Shown here one piece after another: positions 1-11,888 of a DNA stretch of 64,000 nt. A program made the translations under genes and the position numbers. The notes beneath the pieces were generated by a model. The model was not told the DNA's origin, did no database searches, and was given only the letters and a program-made list of their open reading frames with translations. The number at the start of each line of letters is the position of its first letter. The stretch's first letter is position 1. The DNA is from Octopus bimaculoides (lineage: Eukaryota), in contig NC_068998.1 of the NCBI RefSeq assembly GCF_001194135.2, positions 34,560,061-34,624,060 of the forward strand, given 5' to 3'.

Positions 1-830
1 AAGCTGCTCACAGTAGATTTCCGTTATTATTTGGTTTAGGTTTAAAAGTCCAAAGTGGACTAAACTTATCATTTCCCACCAAACAGATAACAACATCTTA
101 CGTGGGTGAAGAACTTCTTTAGCCTAGGGTACTGGTGTTTCTTCTTTACCTACCCTCTGTCTTTGGCACTTGATATTTTTATAAAGAACCCATTTCTTGT
201 CAGCAGTCACTATTTGGTCCAAAATAGATTTATTCGTGAGACGTGACAGCACGCATTCACTCTCTGCATGTTATTAGACTCAGAAGGTTTGTGAGGAACC
301 CATTGACCCAATTTGCTGACTTTTCCAATGGCATGCAGGTATTGATGAATGGCTGAATGACCAAATCCAAGCTTTTGTGCTAGCTCCTCAACATTTTCAA
401 TGGGATTTTGTTCCACCAGGATTTGCATGACATCCTCGTCAAACTCTACAAATCTTCCAGGACAAGAGTTGTGTTCTAGGTAGTAGTTTCCAACTTGGAA
501 TTTCTGGAACCATCATTGACACTGGCTTACACTTATTGTCTGATTCCCATATACTGCATTAATATTCCTTGCACTTTCCATTGAGTTGTTGCCTTTATTG
601 AACTCATAAAGCAAAACATGCCGAAGATGCTCCTTTGTCACTTCCATTATAGCTTTGGAAAAAAAAAACTGTCAGAATTGAACTGCACCCTTCAAAACTT
701 GCATTAAGAATAAGAAAAAAGGTAAAATTACTACCTGTTTTTATAAACAAGTTGATGCAGATAGTTTATCCTGTCCTCCTCCAACTTTTAGTTCATGCAA
801 TTGAAAAATCCACATTATTTATGGGATGAC
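1..830 (-). mobile_element. Mariner (DD34D) family M1, 5' part, cut by the window start
   Basis: ORF 210-428 contains IGKVSKLGQWVPHK (mariner WVPHEL motif). TIR attatttatgggatgac ends at 830 and matches the TIR of the 13296-14568 copy. Confidence 0.9.
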
Positions 831-840
831 NNNNNNNNNN

Positions 841-871
<31 letters not shown>

Positions 872-964
872 GTATATATACCATAAACATATACATGCAC
901 ATACATACATACATACATGCATGTACAAATCCACACACATATTGTTCATTTGTTTATTCTTTTA

Positions 965-1183
965 TTCTTTTACTTGTTTCAGTTTTTTTACTTTGGCCAT
1001 GCTGGAGCACTGCCTTTAGTCGAAAAAATTGACCCCAAGATTTATTCATTGTGAACCTAGTACTTATTCTATCAGTCTCTTTTTGCTAGACCGCTAAGTT
1101 ACTGGGACATAATCACACTAACATTGGTTGTCAAGTGATGGCGGGAGGACAAATACATACATACAAATTTATACATATATAAT

Positions 1184-1273
<90 letters not shown>

Positions 1274-1415
1274 GATGTGCTTCTTTCAGTTTCTGTCTAC
1301 CAAATCCATCCACAAGGCTTTGGTCGGCCTGAGGCTATAATAGAAGATGTCACACAATGTGACTGAACCTAATACTTCATGATAATAAAGTGAACTTTCT
1401 ATCCAAACAATCAGG
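965..1415 (-). mobile_element. tRNA-derived SINE type A (head + internal microsatellite + conserved tail)
   Basis: Tail tcttttacttgtttcag...ggccatgctggagcac, central (CA)n/(TA)n, head ...caaggctttggtcggcctgaggctata; homologous to about ten other copies in the window. Confidence 0.85.
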
Positions 1416-1851
1416 CCAACTGTTAGAGGAACCAATGGGAAATAAGTGAAATGCCTATTATTAAAGCTGCTGCAGATCACTGATGACAACATCTATAATA
1501 ATTAAAACTTTCAATTGCAAACTGTCTCCAGTAAACTCAGCAGCGATTCCCAGGTTTATATGAGCCAATAAACTATAAATGTTACCCAGAAAAATATTGG
1601 CTTTGAGCAAAATCAAAACAAATCAATTATGTTCAATTGGGAATTTTGTCCTAGTTTGTTTATCCAATATGTCTTTTGCTTTCTTTTTTAAAGAATGGTA
1701 AGGTGTGACGACCAAGATATTTGGTTGCTATTTAAAGCAGGTAGAGTGATAATGGAGAGACTTCCTTGAATCTTATCTTTATTGGAAGGAAAATGTAGTA
1801 GCAATAAATGTAACCAAATAAATGAAGTATGTCATTTAAGACTATTTTCCA

Positions 1852-2253
1852 GGCATGCCTGTGTGGAAAGAAGTTTGCTTCCACACCACATAGACCTATA
1901 TTCAATCCTACTGTGTGAAATCTTAGGCAAGTCTCTTCTACTATAGCCTCAGGCTAACCAAAGCCTTGTCAATGGATTTGGTAGACAGGAATCGAAAGAA
2001 ATCCATCACATCTGTGTGTGTGTGTGTTCATTTTAGTCTGTGTTTGTCCCCTACCACTGCTTGACAACTAGTGTTGGTATGCTTCATCCGCCATAACTTA
2101 GCAGTTCAGCAAAAGAAACTGATAGAATAAGTACCAGGCTTAAAAAGAAAATTAGTTTTGGGGTCGATTCATTTGACTAAAAATCCTTCAAGGTGGTGCC
2201 CCATCATGGCCACAGTCTAATGACTGAAACAAATGAAAGAATAGATAAAAGAT
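1852..2253 (+). mobile_element. SINE type A, full length
   Basis: Head ggcatgcctgtgtggaaagaagtttgcttcc, short (TG)n, tail catggccacagtctaatgactgaaacaaatgaaaga. Confidence 0.85.
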
Positions 2254-2533
2254 CATTTTCCTTTAAAACATTTCAAAATTCAGTGTTCTAAACATTTAGT
2301 GCTTCAATCTATCAGCAAACTAATTTTTGGAATATTTGAATTTAGCCTTGTCATTTTTGACTTTCTCACATTCAGCTTTATAATTAACAATTCTTATGTG
2401 GCCACAAGATCTGAGCTGATTGGTTTATAATTGGCTGTTAGCATTTTATCATATCTCTAAGTCATATACTTAACTAAATTTATGTATCGCAATACTCATT
2501 AAGGAGCATCAAATTTATGAAGAAATATATCAC

Positions 2534-2569
2534 TCATTGAATTCAGTATCTAAACTTCTATACAGCAGC
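2534..2569 (-). CDS. Candidate exon (R)LLYRSLDTEFN(E), possibly terminal
   Basis: Long pyrimidine tract ending ccacgcag; phase 2 start fits exon 3778-3928. The donor GA|GTGATA is weak and an in-frame TGA follows. Confidence 0.25.
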
Positions 2570-3339
2570 CTGCGTGGTTGATGAAATGATAAAAAGAAAA
2601 ACGGAAAAGTAAAACCTGTCCTTGTTCAACATTTTCTTAACATTTCTTATGAAACCTATTACTACATTTTCTTTTTCCTTTTTCATTCATTAAAGAATGA
2701 ACTTTGGATATCATGAAGTTTCTTTGTTGAGTATCTGAAGTCCTATCTGCATGAGTAGGCTGAGAGGTTGTTCAGTGGTGTGCATCGAATCTAGACTTAT
2801 GTACTGTCTAGCTGTAGATTGTCAGTCAGATTTGGAAAACAATTCCACTTGATGATAATGGTTTCTGGTTGCTTATGTTATTCGGATTTTCCAGATTGCT
2901 ATTTTGGGAAAGAATTATTGCTGAAGAAATAAGTGTGTGTTGTTATATACTGATTATCAGCAACTTCTTTCATGGTTTCATTACTATGAAGTTTTTAGTC
3001 GAGCATTCCGCTTAATGCTGTAACAAATAAATAAATTGATATGAGAGATCTGCTTAAACAGACACGAAGGTTAGCTGAACATGCTATCATTCTACCATGT
3101 CTTTTACCTTCATGACTATAGCAATAGAAACTATCAATACCCATCCACCGTTGCTTGTGTGTATGTATATATGAATGTATATGTGTAAGAGTTGGGTATA
3201 CTCTGTTTGTATGCATATGTGTAGGATTGCAATGGTTAAGTTGATAGGTGCTGGTGTAATAGTTTCTGGTCAAGCTTTTAATATCCGCTACAATATCACC
3301 TGCATCAGTGCACCTAGATGCATTATGAATACACACATG

Positions 3340-3575
3340 TAGTAATTAGAGGGTTGTGCTCATAATTTTAAGACTGTTGGTTCAATTCCCAGTCCAAGCA
3401 GTGCAATTTGTCTTTGAAAAAGGTACTTCATTTCGTGTTGCTTCATTTTACTGCTGAAATGTGTACCAAAGACAGCTGGGGTTCATCTTGCAATACACTG
3501 AGAACTTTTATAGAGAGGTCTTGTAATCTGAAAGTCCCTTAAATATCTTAGAAACCTGGAAAAACTGTGGCCTTA
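3340..3575 (+). mobile_element. Degenerate SINE, same type as 16330-16555
   Basis: B-box-like ggttcaattccc, then tgtctttgaaaaaggtacttcatttcgtgttgct, similar to the reverse complement of the 16330 copy. Confidence 0.4.
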
Positions 3576-3777
3576 TCTGTGGGTTTGAGATAAACTTTAC
3601 TTCTTTAATACCCATCTAGATCATCAGTGTTATCATAACTATAACTAACTTTAAAGTCCTAATAGTTCTTCTCATTATTATCATTTAGTTTTAGCTGTTC
3701 TTTTCCCATGTTCATTGGTGATAGAGACAGTTCTGCCAAATCTGTATAATTTGATCTGCAGCTTCTCATGTTCTCAC

Positions 3778-3928
3778 CTTATCAGTATTACTGTGGCATC
3801 ATTTAGTTTTGATTTGTATTTTAAATCATATTTTCTGAAAAAATAACTTTGTCGATTACAATTTTCCACTAGGTCAGCCACATACACTTTCGCAAAATTT
3901 CTGATGGGTAATATTGATAAGGAAGCAT
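3778..3928 (-). CDS. Internal coding exon of an unidentified gene: (Y)ASLSILPIRNFAKVYVADLVENCNRQSYFFRKYDLKYKSKLNDATVILI
   Basis: Acceptor ...gctgcacag|, strong donor AAG|GTGAGA, 151 nt open in AT-rich DNA, phase 1 to 2. Joins in frame to exon 4390-4496 across a 461-nt intron. Confidence 0.55.
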
Positions 3929-4389
3929 CTGTGCAGCCGAGGCAGAACAAATATCATACAGAATTTTCACTCAAAATTGGTTTTCAAAAATATATATATT
4001 ACCAAAGGATACATAGACACAGATACACACAGACAGACACACACACCAACACACACACGCATGCACACACACCACTATTGCTACCTGTATAGAATGTCTC
4101 TCACTGTCATCCTACTTTGGTTGCTTTGTATGAATAAATAATAGAAATACTTCTTGATGTACACACCTTGGTCTTTGGATAAATAGAGCTCAGTCTGCTA
4201 TAATTAATTGGACTAGGTTTCTAGTTTAAGGGTAACTTCTACTTTCCTTCAACCAGTCTCATATCCCTGATAAATTTAAGGGATGTGGTTACTACTTTGT
4301 ATTCCTTGTACAAAGTAAAATGATAAAGAAAGATGCACCAGAACATACCATATATTATATACAGTGGTGCATCTGCACCACTGACTCAC

Positions 4390-4496
4390 ATGCTACAGAC
4401 ACTACAGAACGAAATTCATAAAATCTACGTACTGATACTTGTAAAACCTCTTTAGCATCTTCTCTTAAACTATAGCCGTTATCGTACAGACAAGTT
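4390..4496 (-). CDS. Internal coding exon: TCLYDNGYSLREDAKEVLQVSVRRFYEFRSVVSVA
   Basis: Perfect donor CAT|GTGAGT, protein-like open frame, phase 2 to 1. The acceptor atatcag| abuts a microsatellite and lacks a pyrimidine tract. Confidence 0.5.
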
Positions 4497-4499
4497 CTG

Positions 4500-4706
4500 A
4501 TATGTGTGTATGTGTATGAGTGTGAGTGTGTGTGTGTATGTGTGTGAGTGTGTGTGTTTGTGTGTATGTGTGTACATACATACACACACACATAGACACA
4601 CATGCATATACATATATATATATATAGACATCTATTTGTGTATGTATATTTTATATATATGTCATATGTCAGTGTGTGTGTACATATATATACACAAGAT
4701 ATATAA

Positions 4707-4773
<67 letters not shown>

Positions 4774-4950
4774 CATACATATATTGTGTATACATATGTG
4801 GACACACACACACATACACACACACACATATGTATATCAATATCTGTTTATGTATGTATACTTCTTTATATATATGTTATATGTGAGTGTATGTGTGTGT
4901 GTATATATATATATACACACACACACACACATATGTGTGTGTGTGTGGTT
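4500..4950. repeat. Compound (TG)n/(CA)n/(TA)n microsatellite
   Basis: Directly visible; gives rise to the HT/YI/VC pseudo-ORFs. Confidence 0.95.
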
Positions 4951-5097
4951 ACAGCATTAAAAAATTCTGATATTTTCTTGTAATCAATGTGTTGAAAAAA
5001 TGTATTTGTCTGAGATTTACTTTTAATCTATAAACACGACAGCAGAAGGTGAACATCATGTTTCTATACTAAATAGATAGAAATATACTACAGCTTT

Positions 5098-5495
5098 TAT
5101 CTTTTACTTGTTTCAGTCATTAGACTGCGGCCATGTTGGGGCACTGCCTTGAAGAATTTTTAATTGAATGAATCAACCCAAGTACATATATTTTTAAAAC
5201 TTGGTACTTATTCTATCAGAGTCTTCTGCTGAACTACTAAGTTACGGGGATGTAAATACAGAAATACCATGTATCTAGTGGTGGTGGTGGTGGGGGGGGG
5301 GGCAAACACAGAAACAAGACATGCACACATAGATATATACATACGATGGGCTTCTTACAGTTTCCATATACCAAATCCTTTTACAAGGCTTTGGTCAGCC
5401 CAAGACTATAGCTGAAGATGCTTGCCCAAGGTGCTATGCAATGCTATTGAACCTGGAACTACGTAGTTGGAAAGTAAGCTTCTTACCACACAGCA
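5098..5495 (-). mobile_element. SINE type A, full length
   Basis: Tail cttttacttgtttcagtcattagactgcggccatg; head ends cttcttaccacacagc. Confidence 0.85.
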
Positions 5496-6120
5496 CTTAT
5501 ACATCTATAACATCTATATCTTTAAGCACCACAAGATGATATTTAAACCAAATTGCTATAATATATATGTTCAAGTGAATATTTCAAACACCTCTTTAGG
5601 CTCATAAGTGTAATGTATAGAACATCTACTGACAACTAACTGCAGTTCAAATAGTATAACATCTCATAATGAACTGCAGGCACAACATTACAACAACCAT
5701 TATATCTACCGATAGCTCATATTCAAGACTACAATATCTATAAATCTTTTAGTGTATAGTGATTTTGAGTCTGTGTAGTATTGTGGCCATGCTGGGTCTA
5801 TTACTGTGACCGGTGCCACCATGACAAGCAGGGTTTTACTTCAAATAATATTAACTCTTGCAAGTATATCCATTTGGTGCTTATTTTACTGATCACTGTT
5901 TATGGAACCATTAAGCAATGGTTTTTGACATCAAGGACAAATTGACTCTAGTTTACACCAGTAAATATAAACATTGATATGGAGACAGGCAGATGCAACC
6001 ACAAACACACATATACACACACAATCACTTATATCACATACATACTCATATAATATTATCTTGGTAATAACCTTATAGCATGCTTTCCAAAGCTCTTCTT
6101 TGGGTATCAGCTACCAGATG

Positions 6121-6173
6121 CTATCATAAAGTAGGACTCCTCCTGTTACTGGAGGAGTCCTACTGTATGATAG
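6121..6173. other. Near-perfect hairpin, 23-bp stem and 7-nt loop
   Basis: ctatcataaagtaggactcctcc / tgttact / ggaggagtcctactgtatgatag, with one mismatch. Function unknown. Confidence 0.8.
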
Positions 6174-6854
6174 GAGTCCTATGTGGAGATTCACAAGTAT
6201 CTACAGAGTGTATACAAGAAAATTTTAATACAAGAAGATGGAATGAAAAGGTTTTATTACAAATCACTACAATTGTTTTGGTGTATCATTATCAGCTGGT
6301 AATTGCTGAATGTTACATTTATTATACACATCACTGCATTAATATGGTTCAACAAATGCTGTATTCAGATGAGTAGGGTTCAAATCTCAGCTAAACATAC
6401 ACTCCTATTTTTCACTCTTATGAATGTATCTCCTTTCATGCTACTCTACATACAAGCCTCCAAATACACTTATATAGAAATACTTTTCTCCATATTTATA
6501 TCCATTCATTTACAATTTTGAGACTATACTCAAAAAAGAAATATAATACTATGGGGTAACCTTATTAGGTTTGTTTGTTCTGACCTACTAAGTTCTAAGT
6601 ATCATGATATCTCCATTTACGTATAATAATGCTACTTTGGAAATACATGCAATATTCATTCTTTAACCAGGTCTTGCAAGTACATATTAGTACGTCATGG
6701 AAAATAGATCTGTCCTGTAGTTGTTTCACTTTTAACCAAATAACTTTACACACATTCAAATTATTATGAAATTGTATAATTTAGACTGACAAAAGTACAA
6801 TCATTCTAATAATGATAATAAAAACACTTTCAATGAATATATTTTTCAATAAAT

Positions 6855-7187
6855 AAATAAGGCATCAGAGAGGCGATGCCTGTTCTGTGCACACACAAGG
6901 ATAAAATAAAATTTAATTCAATAATCTCAGACGAATTCATATTTCAACAAAATGACATCAAGAGTTATTTCCCCTGCTTATCGTTTCTGCATATGTGACA
7001 AAGAAAAAAACATTTTGATTCACGCAACCAAAATTTAATGAGTTCGAGCCATTCATCCAAAAAGTATTTCTGCCAAATTTGGTTAAAATCTTTTCAACCG
7101 TTTTCCAGTAATTTTGCAAACACAAAGACAAACAGACAAAGGCATGTGACTACAATACCCTGCTTTCGCTTACATGTACAGGGTAAT
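6855..7187 (+). mobile_element. Probable Helentron-associated non-autonomous element (HINE / DINE-1-like)
   Basis: 5' hairpin ggcatc...gatgcc; aaatttggttaaaatc core; acaaacagac repeat; 3' stem taccctg (7156-7162) / cagggta (7179-7185). Confidence 0.5.
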
Positions 7188-7211
7188 GATTGATACAATA
7201 TCAAATATCAC

Positions 7212-7355
7212 AGAATTCTCCAAAATTCCAAAATCGAGCTTTTAACTCTATGGTTACATGTTGGAACAATTTCAGAGTGTTTGTTAATAGCATTATCATT
7301 GCATAACATTATGTCTTGCGTTTCTTCCAAGCAAAGTATGTGCTTTAGAGTTTGC
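7212..7355 (-). CDS. Weak candidate exon QTLKHILCLEETQDIMLCNDNAINKHSEIVPTCNHRVKSSILEFWRI
   Basis: 144 nt open, phase 2 to 2, compatible with exon 4390-4496. Both splice sites are weak (actag|, CT|GTGATA). Confidence 0.2.
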
Positions 7356-7501
7356 CTAGTATACAGCTTTTGTTGGACCATATTAATGCAATGATGCATA
7401 TAAGTAACATTCAACAGTTACCAGCTGGTAATGATGCACCAAAACAATTGTAATGATTTGTAATAAAGCCTGTTCATTTCACCTTCTCATATAAAGTCAT
7501 G

Positions 7502-7545
<44 letters not shown>

Positions 7546-8059
7546 CAAGCATATTTGAACTGGTAACAAGTTTGTATTTATAGCCATCACTGCTTATTAC
7601 TTTCATCCCATGCAATATACACATTTATACACATACATACATACATACATACATACATACATAACATAGGGTGGCACTATATTCTCTCCTGCTGAATCTT
7701 ACCCACATTCTAATCACCCTCTTACTCTCAGTAACTCCCTGATGCTACTTTTCATTTCCCTCCTATTAACTTCTTCCTCGACAGTACCCNNNNNNNNNNT
7801 CAACAATAATCCTCTATAACTCTAAGAATTGTCTTGGATCTTAATGAACCATCCAGTACCATCACTGGATCCATTTGCTCAATCTGTACTACTACCTTCA
7901 TCATTTTGACCTCTTCATCTCCCTCTTTTCTACTCAATAATCCCTAGCACTACTCTTCTTCTCCTCTCTCTTCTGCCTCCTATACTCTCACCCCATCTTC
8001 CTACAATAGATTAGCTCCTGCTATCAATACGGGCTCCTTTTTGATTTGCATACTGCAAG

Positions 8060-8290
8060 GTAATTTGCTTATGGTAAGGCAACCTCTTTAGTGCTGGTGC
8101 TGTGAAAAACATGTCCTCAGTACACTCTGTAAAGTAGTTGGTATTAGGAAGGACATTCAGCACTAGAAGTCAATCCATAGAGAAGGGTTATGAGGAAGAT
8201 GTGGTCCTCTGACAAGTTGAACTATTCTATTTATGCCAGCATGGAAAGTAGACATAAAATGATGTTGATGATCACCATCATCATGGGTGT
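8060..8290 (+). mobile_element. Degenerate RTE-type 3' tail
   Basis: ggtattaggaaggacattcagc...gccagcatggaaagtagacataaaatgatg resembles the end of the RTE at 47371-49173. Confidence 0.55.
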
Positions 8291-9617
8291 GTGCATGTGT
8301 ACATATGAAAAGAATCCTGGAGATGATGGTGTGATTGAAGAATTTTTCAAAAATAAATCTTTACTTCATAGTTACAATCACTTTCCAAATACTTCTTATG
8401 CATGCAGTAAGATGTAAATATCATTGTATGATTCAGATTCAAATTTCATTACTAGTGTTCTATACCAATCTAATAGATTTAGTTAGCCTCAGTAATCAAG
8501 TACTGTCATTCAACAAATATTCTAGCATAAAGATATTTGCTTGTATACTTTTAACAGACAATCCATTGCATACATTAAGAACTCTTGACTGGAATCAAAA
8601 TCCAACACAAACTAACGAGAAACCTCTAAGTGGTTACTATCTATTAATGATCTGTGCTAAAAATGATAGTCAACCATTTATGTTTATCTAAGATTTCTCA
8701 AAGAAGTGTTATACACTACATAGCTTTTAAACAAACTAAAAAATCAGAAACCTTGTTGGATTTTCTTGACTTTAACCTCAGTTCATCCCTAACCCAACAG
8801 ATTTATAGCCAAAGGCCTTCCTTCAGTTATAATATAATAATGTATGTTTTATGTCACTATATTATTCTATGTTCTCTTTAGTCAAGGTTTACAAGCTACG
8901 AAGTACTTTCCAGAACTTTTGAGACTGTTTCAGGAGAGGCATTTATTAATTTCAAAGAAATACAAAACTCTAATCTCCTTCAAAATAAGATCCTCTGACT
9001 TCAATGCACATGTAGTACTCCATCCACTTCTTGAAGGCACCATGGAAGTTGTCCAAAGTGAAAGCATCCAGGAGTCTTGTCACAGCCTCTTTCATCTTTT
9101 TAGTGACTTCAGAACGATTGCCCCTAAGCTTTAGCTTAAGGAATGACAAAAAATCACAGGAAGCAAGATCTGAGCTCTAAGTTGGGCAGGGACAGTTTGA
9201 TACTCATCTCTGTCAAGTAGTTGGCTACCAGGATGGAACTGTAAACTGGAACATTGTCTTGGTGGAGGTACTTAGGCCTTTTGTGAAGAAACCTTTTCCT
9301 GAACCTACACAAAGCACTCTCTGCTTATTGTCTGATCTGAAGGAACCCACTGGGTGTAGATGATGCCCTTACAACTGAAAAAAACCCAGTATCATCATGA
9401 GATTCCTGGTGGACTTACTTGCCTGGTTTTCCTGAGTCTGGGTGAGCCTGGATGATTCCATCAGGCATTCTGTCTCTTGGCTTCTGGATCATAACAATAG
9501 ATCCAGCTTTTGTCACAAGGCACTAGAGTCTCAAATATTCTTGGACTGGAGGTAATGAGTTCGATCATCTTCCTATTGTTGCCAACACATATCTACTTCT
9601 ATTCATTACTGAGCACT

Positions 9618-10820
9618 TCATCATCATCATCATCATCGTTTAACGTCCGCTTTCCATGCTAGCATGGGTTGGACGATTTGGCTGAGGACTGGTGAAACCA
9701 GATGGCTACACCAGGCTCCAATCTGATTTGGCAGAGTTTCTACAGCTGGATGACCTTCCTAACGCCAACCACTCAGAGAGTGTAGTGGGTGCTTTTACGT
9801 GTCACCCGCACGGAGGCCAGTCAGGCAGTACTGGCAACGGTCACACTCAAAATGGTGTATTTTATGTGCCACCCGCACATGAGCTAGTCCAGGGGCACTG
9901 GCAACGATCTCGCTCGAAAATCCTACGAAGGCCAGTCAGGCGGTACTGGCAACGGCCACGCTCAANNNNNNNNNNNNNNNNNNNNNNNNNNNNNNNNNNN
10001 NNNNNNNNNNNNNNNNNNNNNNNNNNNNNNNNNNNNNNNNNNNNNNNNNNNNNNNNNNNNNNNNNNNNNNNNNNNNNNNNNNNNNNNNNNNNNNNNNNNN
10101 NNNNNNNNNNNNNNNNNNNNNNNNNNNNNNNNNNNNNNNNNNNNNNNNNNNNNNNNNNNNNNNNNNNNNNNNNNNNNNNNNNNNNNNNNNNNNNNNNNNN
10201 NNNNNNNNNNNNNNNNNNNNNNNNNNNNNNNNNNNNNNNNNNNNNNNNNNNNNNNNNNNNNNNNNNNNNNNNNNNNNNNNNNNNNNNNNNNNNNNNNNNN
10301 NNNNNNNNNNNNNNNNNNNNNNNNNNNNNNNNNNNNNNNNNNNNNNNNNNNNNNNNNNNNNNNNNNNNNNNNNNNNNNNNNNNNNNNNNNNNNNNNNNNN
10401 NNNNNNNNNNNNNNNNNNNNNNNNNNNNNTATTTTATGTGCCACCCGCACATGAGCTAGTCCAGGGGCACTGGCAACGATGTCACTCGAAGGTCCTTACA
10501 CATGCTGCAGGCACAAGTGCCAGAAAGGCGACGCTGGGCACAGGTGCCATCACGATTTCGATTTCACTTGTCCCAATAAGTCTTCGCAAGCTGAGTTTCA
10601 TGTCCAATGAGGGAGACGACGTTGGCATGGGTGCCAGTCGTCAAATTTCACTTGATTTCGATTTCACTTGCCTCAAGAGGTCTTCGCAAGTGGAAGTTTA
10701 GTGTCCAATTTAACTCGATTTCGATTTCACTTGCCTCAACAGGTCTTTGCAAGTGGAGTTTAGTGTCCAATTTAACTCGATTTCGATTTCACTTGCCTCA
10801 ACAGGTCTTCGCAAGTGGAG
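9618..10820 (-). mobile_element. RTE LINE 3'-UTR copy with (CAT)n tail and internal tandem repeats, nested in M2
   Basis: catcatcgtttaacgtccgctttccatgctagcatgggttggacg tail; roughly 115-bp and 60-bp repeats; N-gap at 9966-10430. Confidence 0.85.
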
Positions 10821-11324
10821 GAGCAAATTTTACATAAATTTTGCCCATGTTTAAATCTTCATCAATAATTATTAGTACGTTTGCCACACCAAATCCAAAT
10901 TGTACACTCATTGTCTTTATAGACATATGACAGTCATCATACAGAAAATTGGGGATTTTCTCAACCAGTTCGAATGTTCTGAAAACCCTCTACCTCCAAC
11001 ATTCGCATTGTCCCTCACCTCCTCTCTCTTATCCTGAAATGTCTTGTGCTAGGGAAACACAGATGTTCAGCTCATACAAATTCATCCATTAACACTCTGG
11101 TGCATTTCATAAGTTTCTGTACCAATTTTGCCCCTTTTAGCACAACCTTATTGCATAACAAGTTTCTAAATTGCCTTCACATCCTGACTGCATTCTGCAA
11201 ACAAGCGAGCTGTGACAAGCAGTGCTTAGCAGGGGTGTTCAAAGAATTGTCATAGTCATCTCCTTCAATCTAGAATAAAAAATGTTGGCATGTCAATTGT
11301 TAGCTGTATAGTAATGATATTCTA

Positions 11325-11888
11325 TGAGGGTCAGCTGAAAAATTGCACTTTTGATCAGGTGTCAGAAGACATGGCACCCACTGAGTAGAAACCTTCTTTG
11401 TGCTAAGTTCAGTATGCAGAATATTCTCAACTCTCTCATGGAATATACTAATAGCATTGGCTACTTGACTTGTAGTCAATTACCTGTCATCCATCACTCT
11501 GTGGTGAACACAATCAGTGTTTTCCACAGTAGTGGCAGTTGTAACTTTGTCCAGACCTCAGGTCATCTTCAAGGTTCTTTTTCCCCCCACTAAACTCAGC
11601 TGCCAACTTTTGCACTATCGATAAAGCTTGAGCATCATCTCCAAATATAGCAACCATGTCAGCATGAATGTCCTTGGGGCCTGAACCTTTCTTCTGCAGG
11701 AATTTGATAAAACCATGAAGCTAAATTTGATCCATTTTTAGATAAGCCATTGCTAGTTATTTTTGCAGTCTTCATTAAACAGTCAGATGTCAGTTCACCT
11801 GGAAAGAAACAATGTAGTAATTAATAAGAAGGGCTCAGATTTAACAGCTCTAGCATCATCAGCCTATGAACTTTTCAGCCAACCCTCA
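11325..11888 (-). mobile_element. Mariner family M3, internally deleted, nested in M2
   Basis: TA-flanked TIRs tgagggtcagctgaaaa / ttttcagccaaccctca; decayed N-terminus MDQI..GFIKFLQKKG...KKVSTQWVPCLLTPDQK. Confidence 0.85.

Noticed and set aside
2700-3020. Coding-like minus-strand stretch after a good acceptor near 3019
   Set aside because: All frames stop quickly; at most an alternative terminal exon (SIKRNARLKTS*) plus UTR.
8335-8691. 118-aa plus-strand ORF
   Set aside because: No recognisable motif or clear splice sites; composition matches the AT-rich background.
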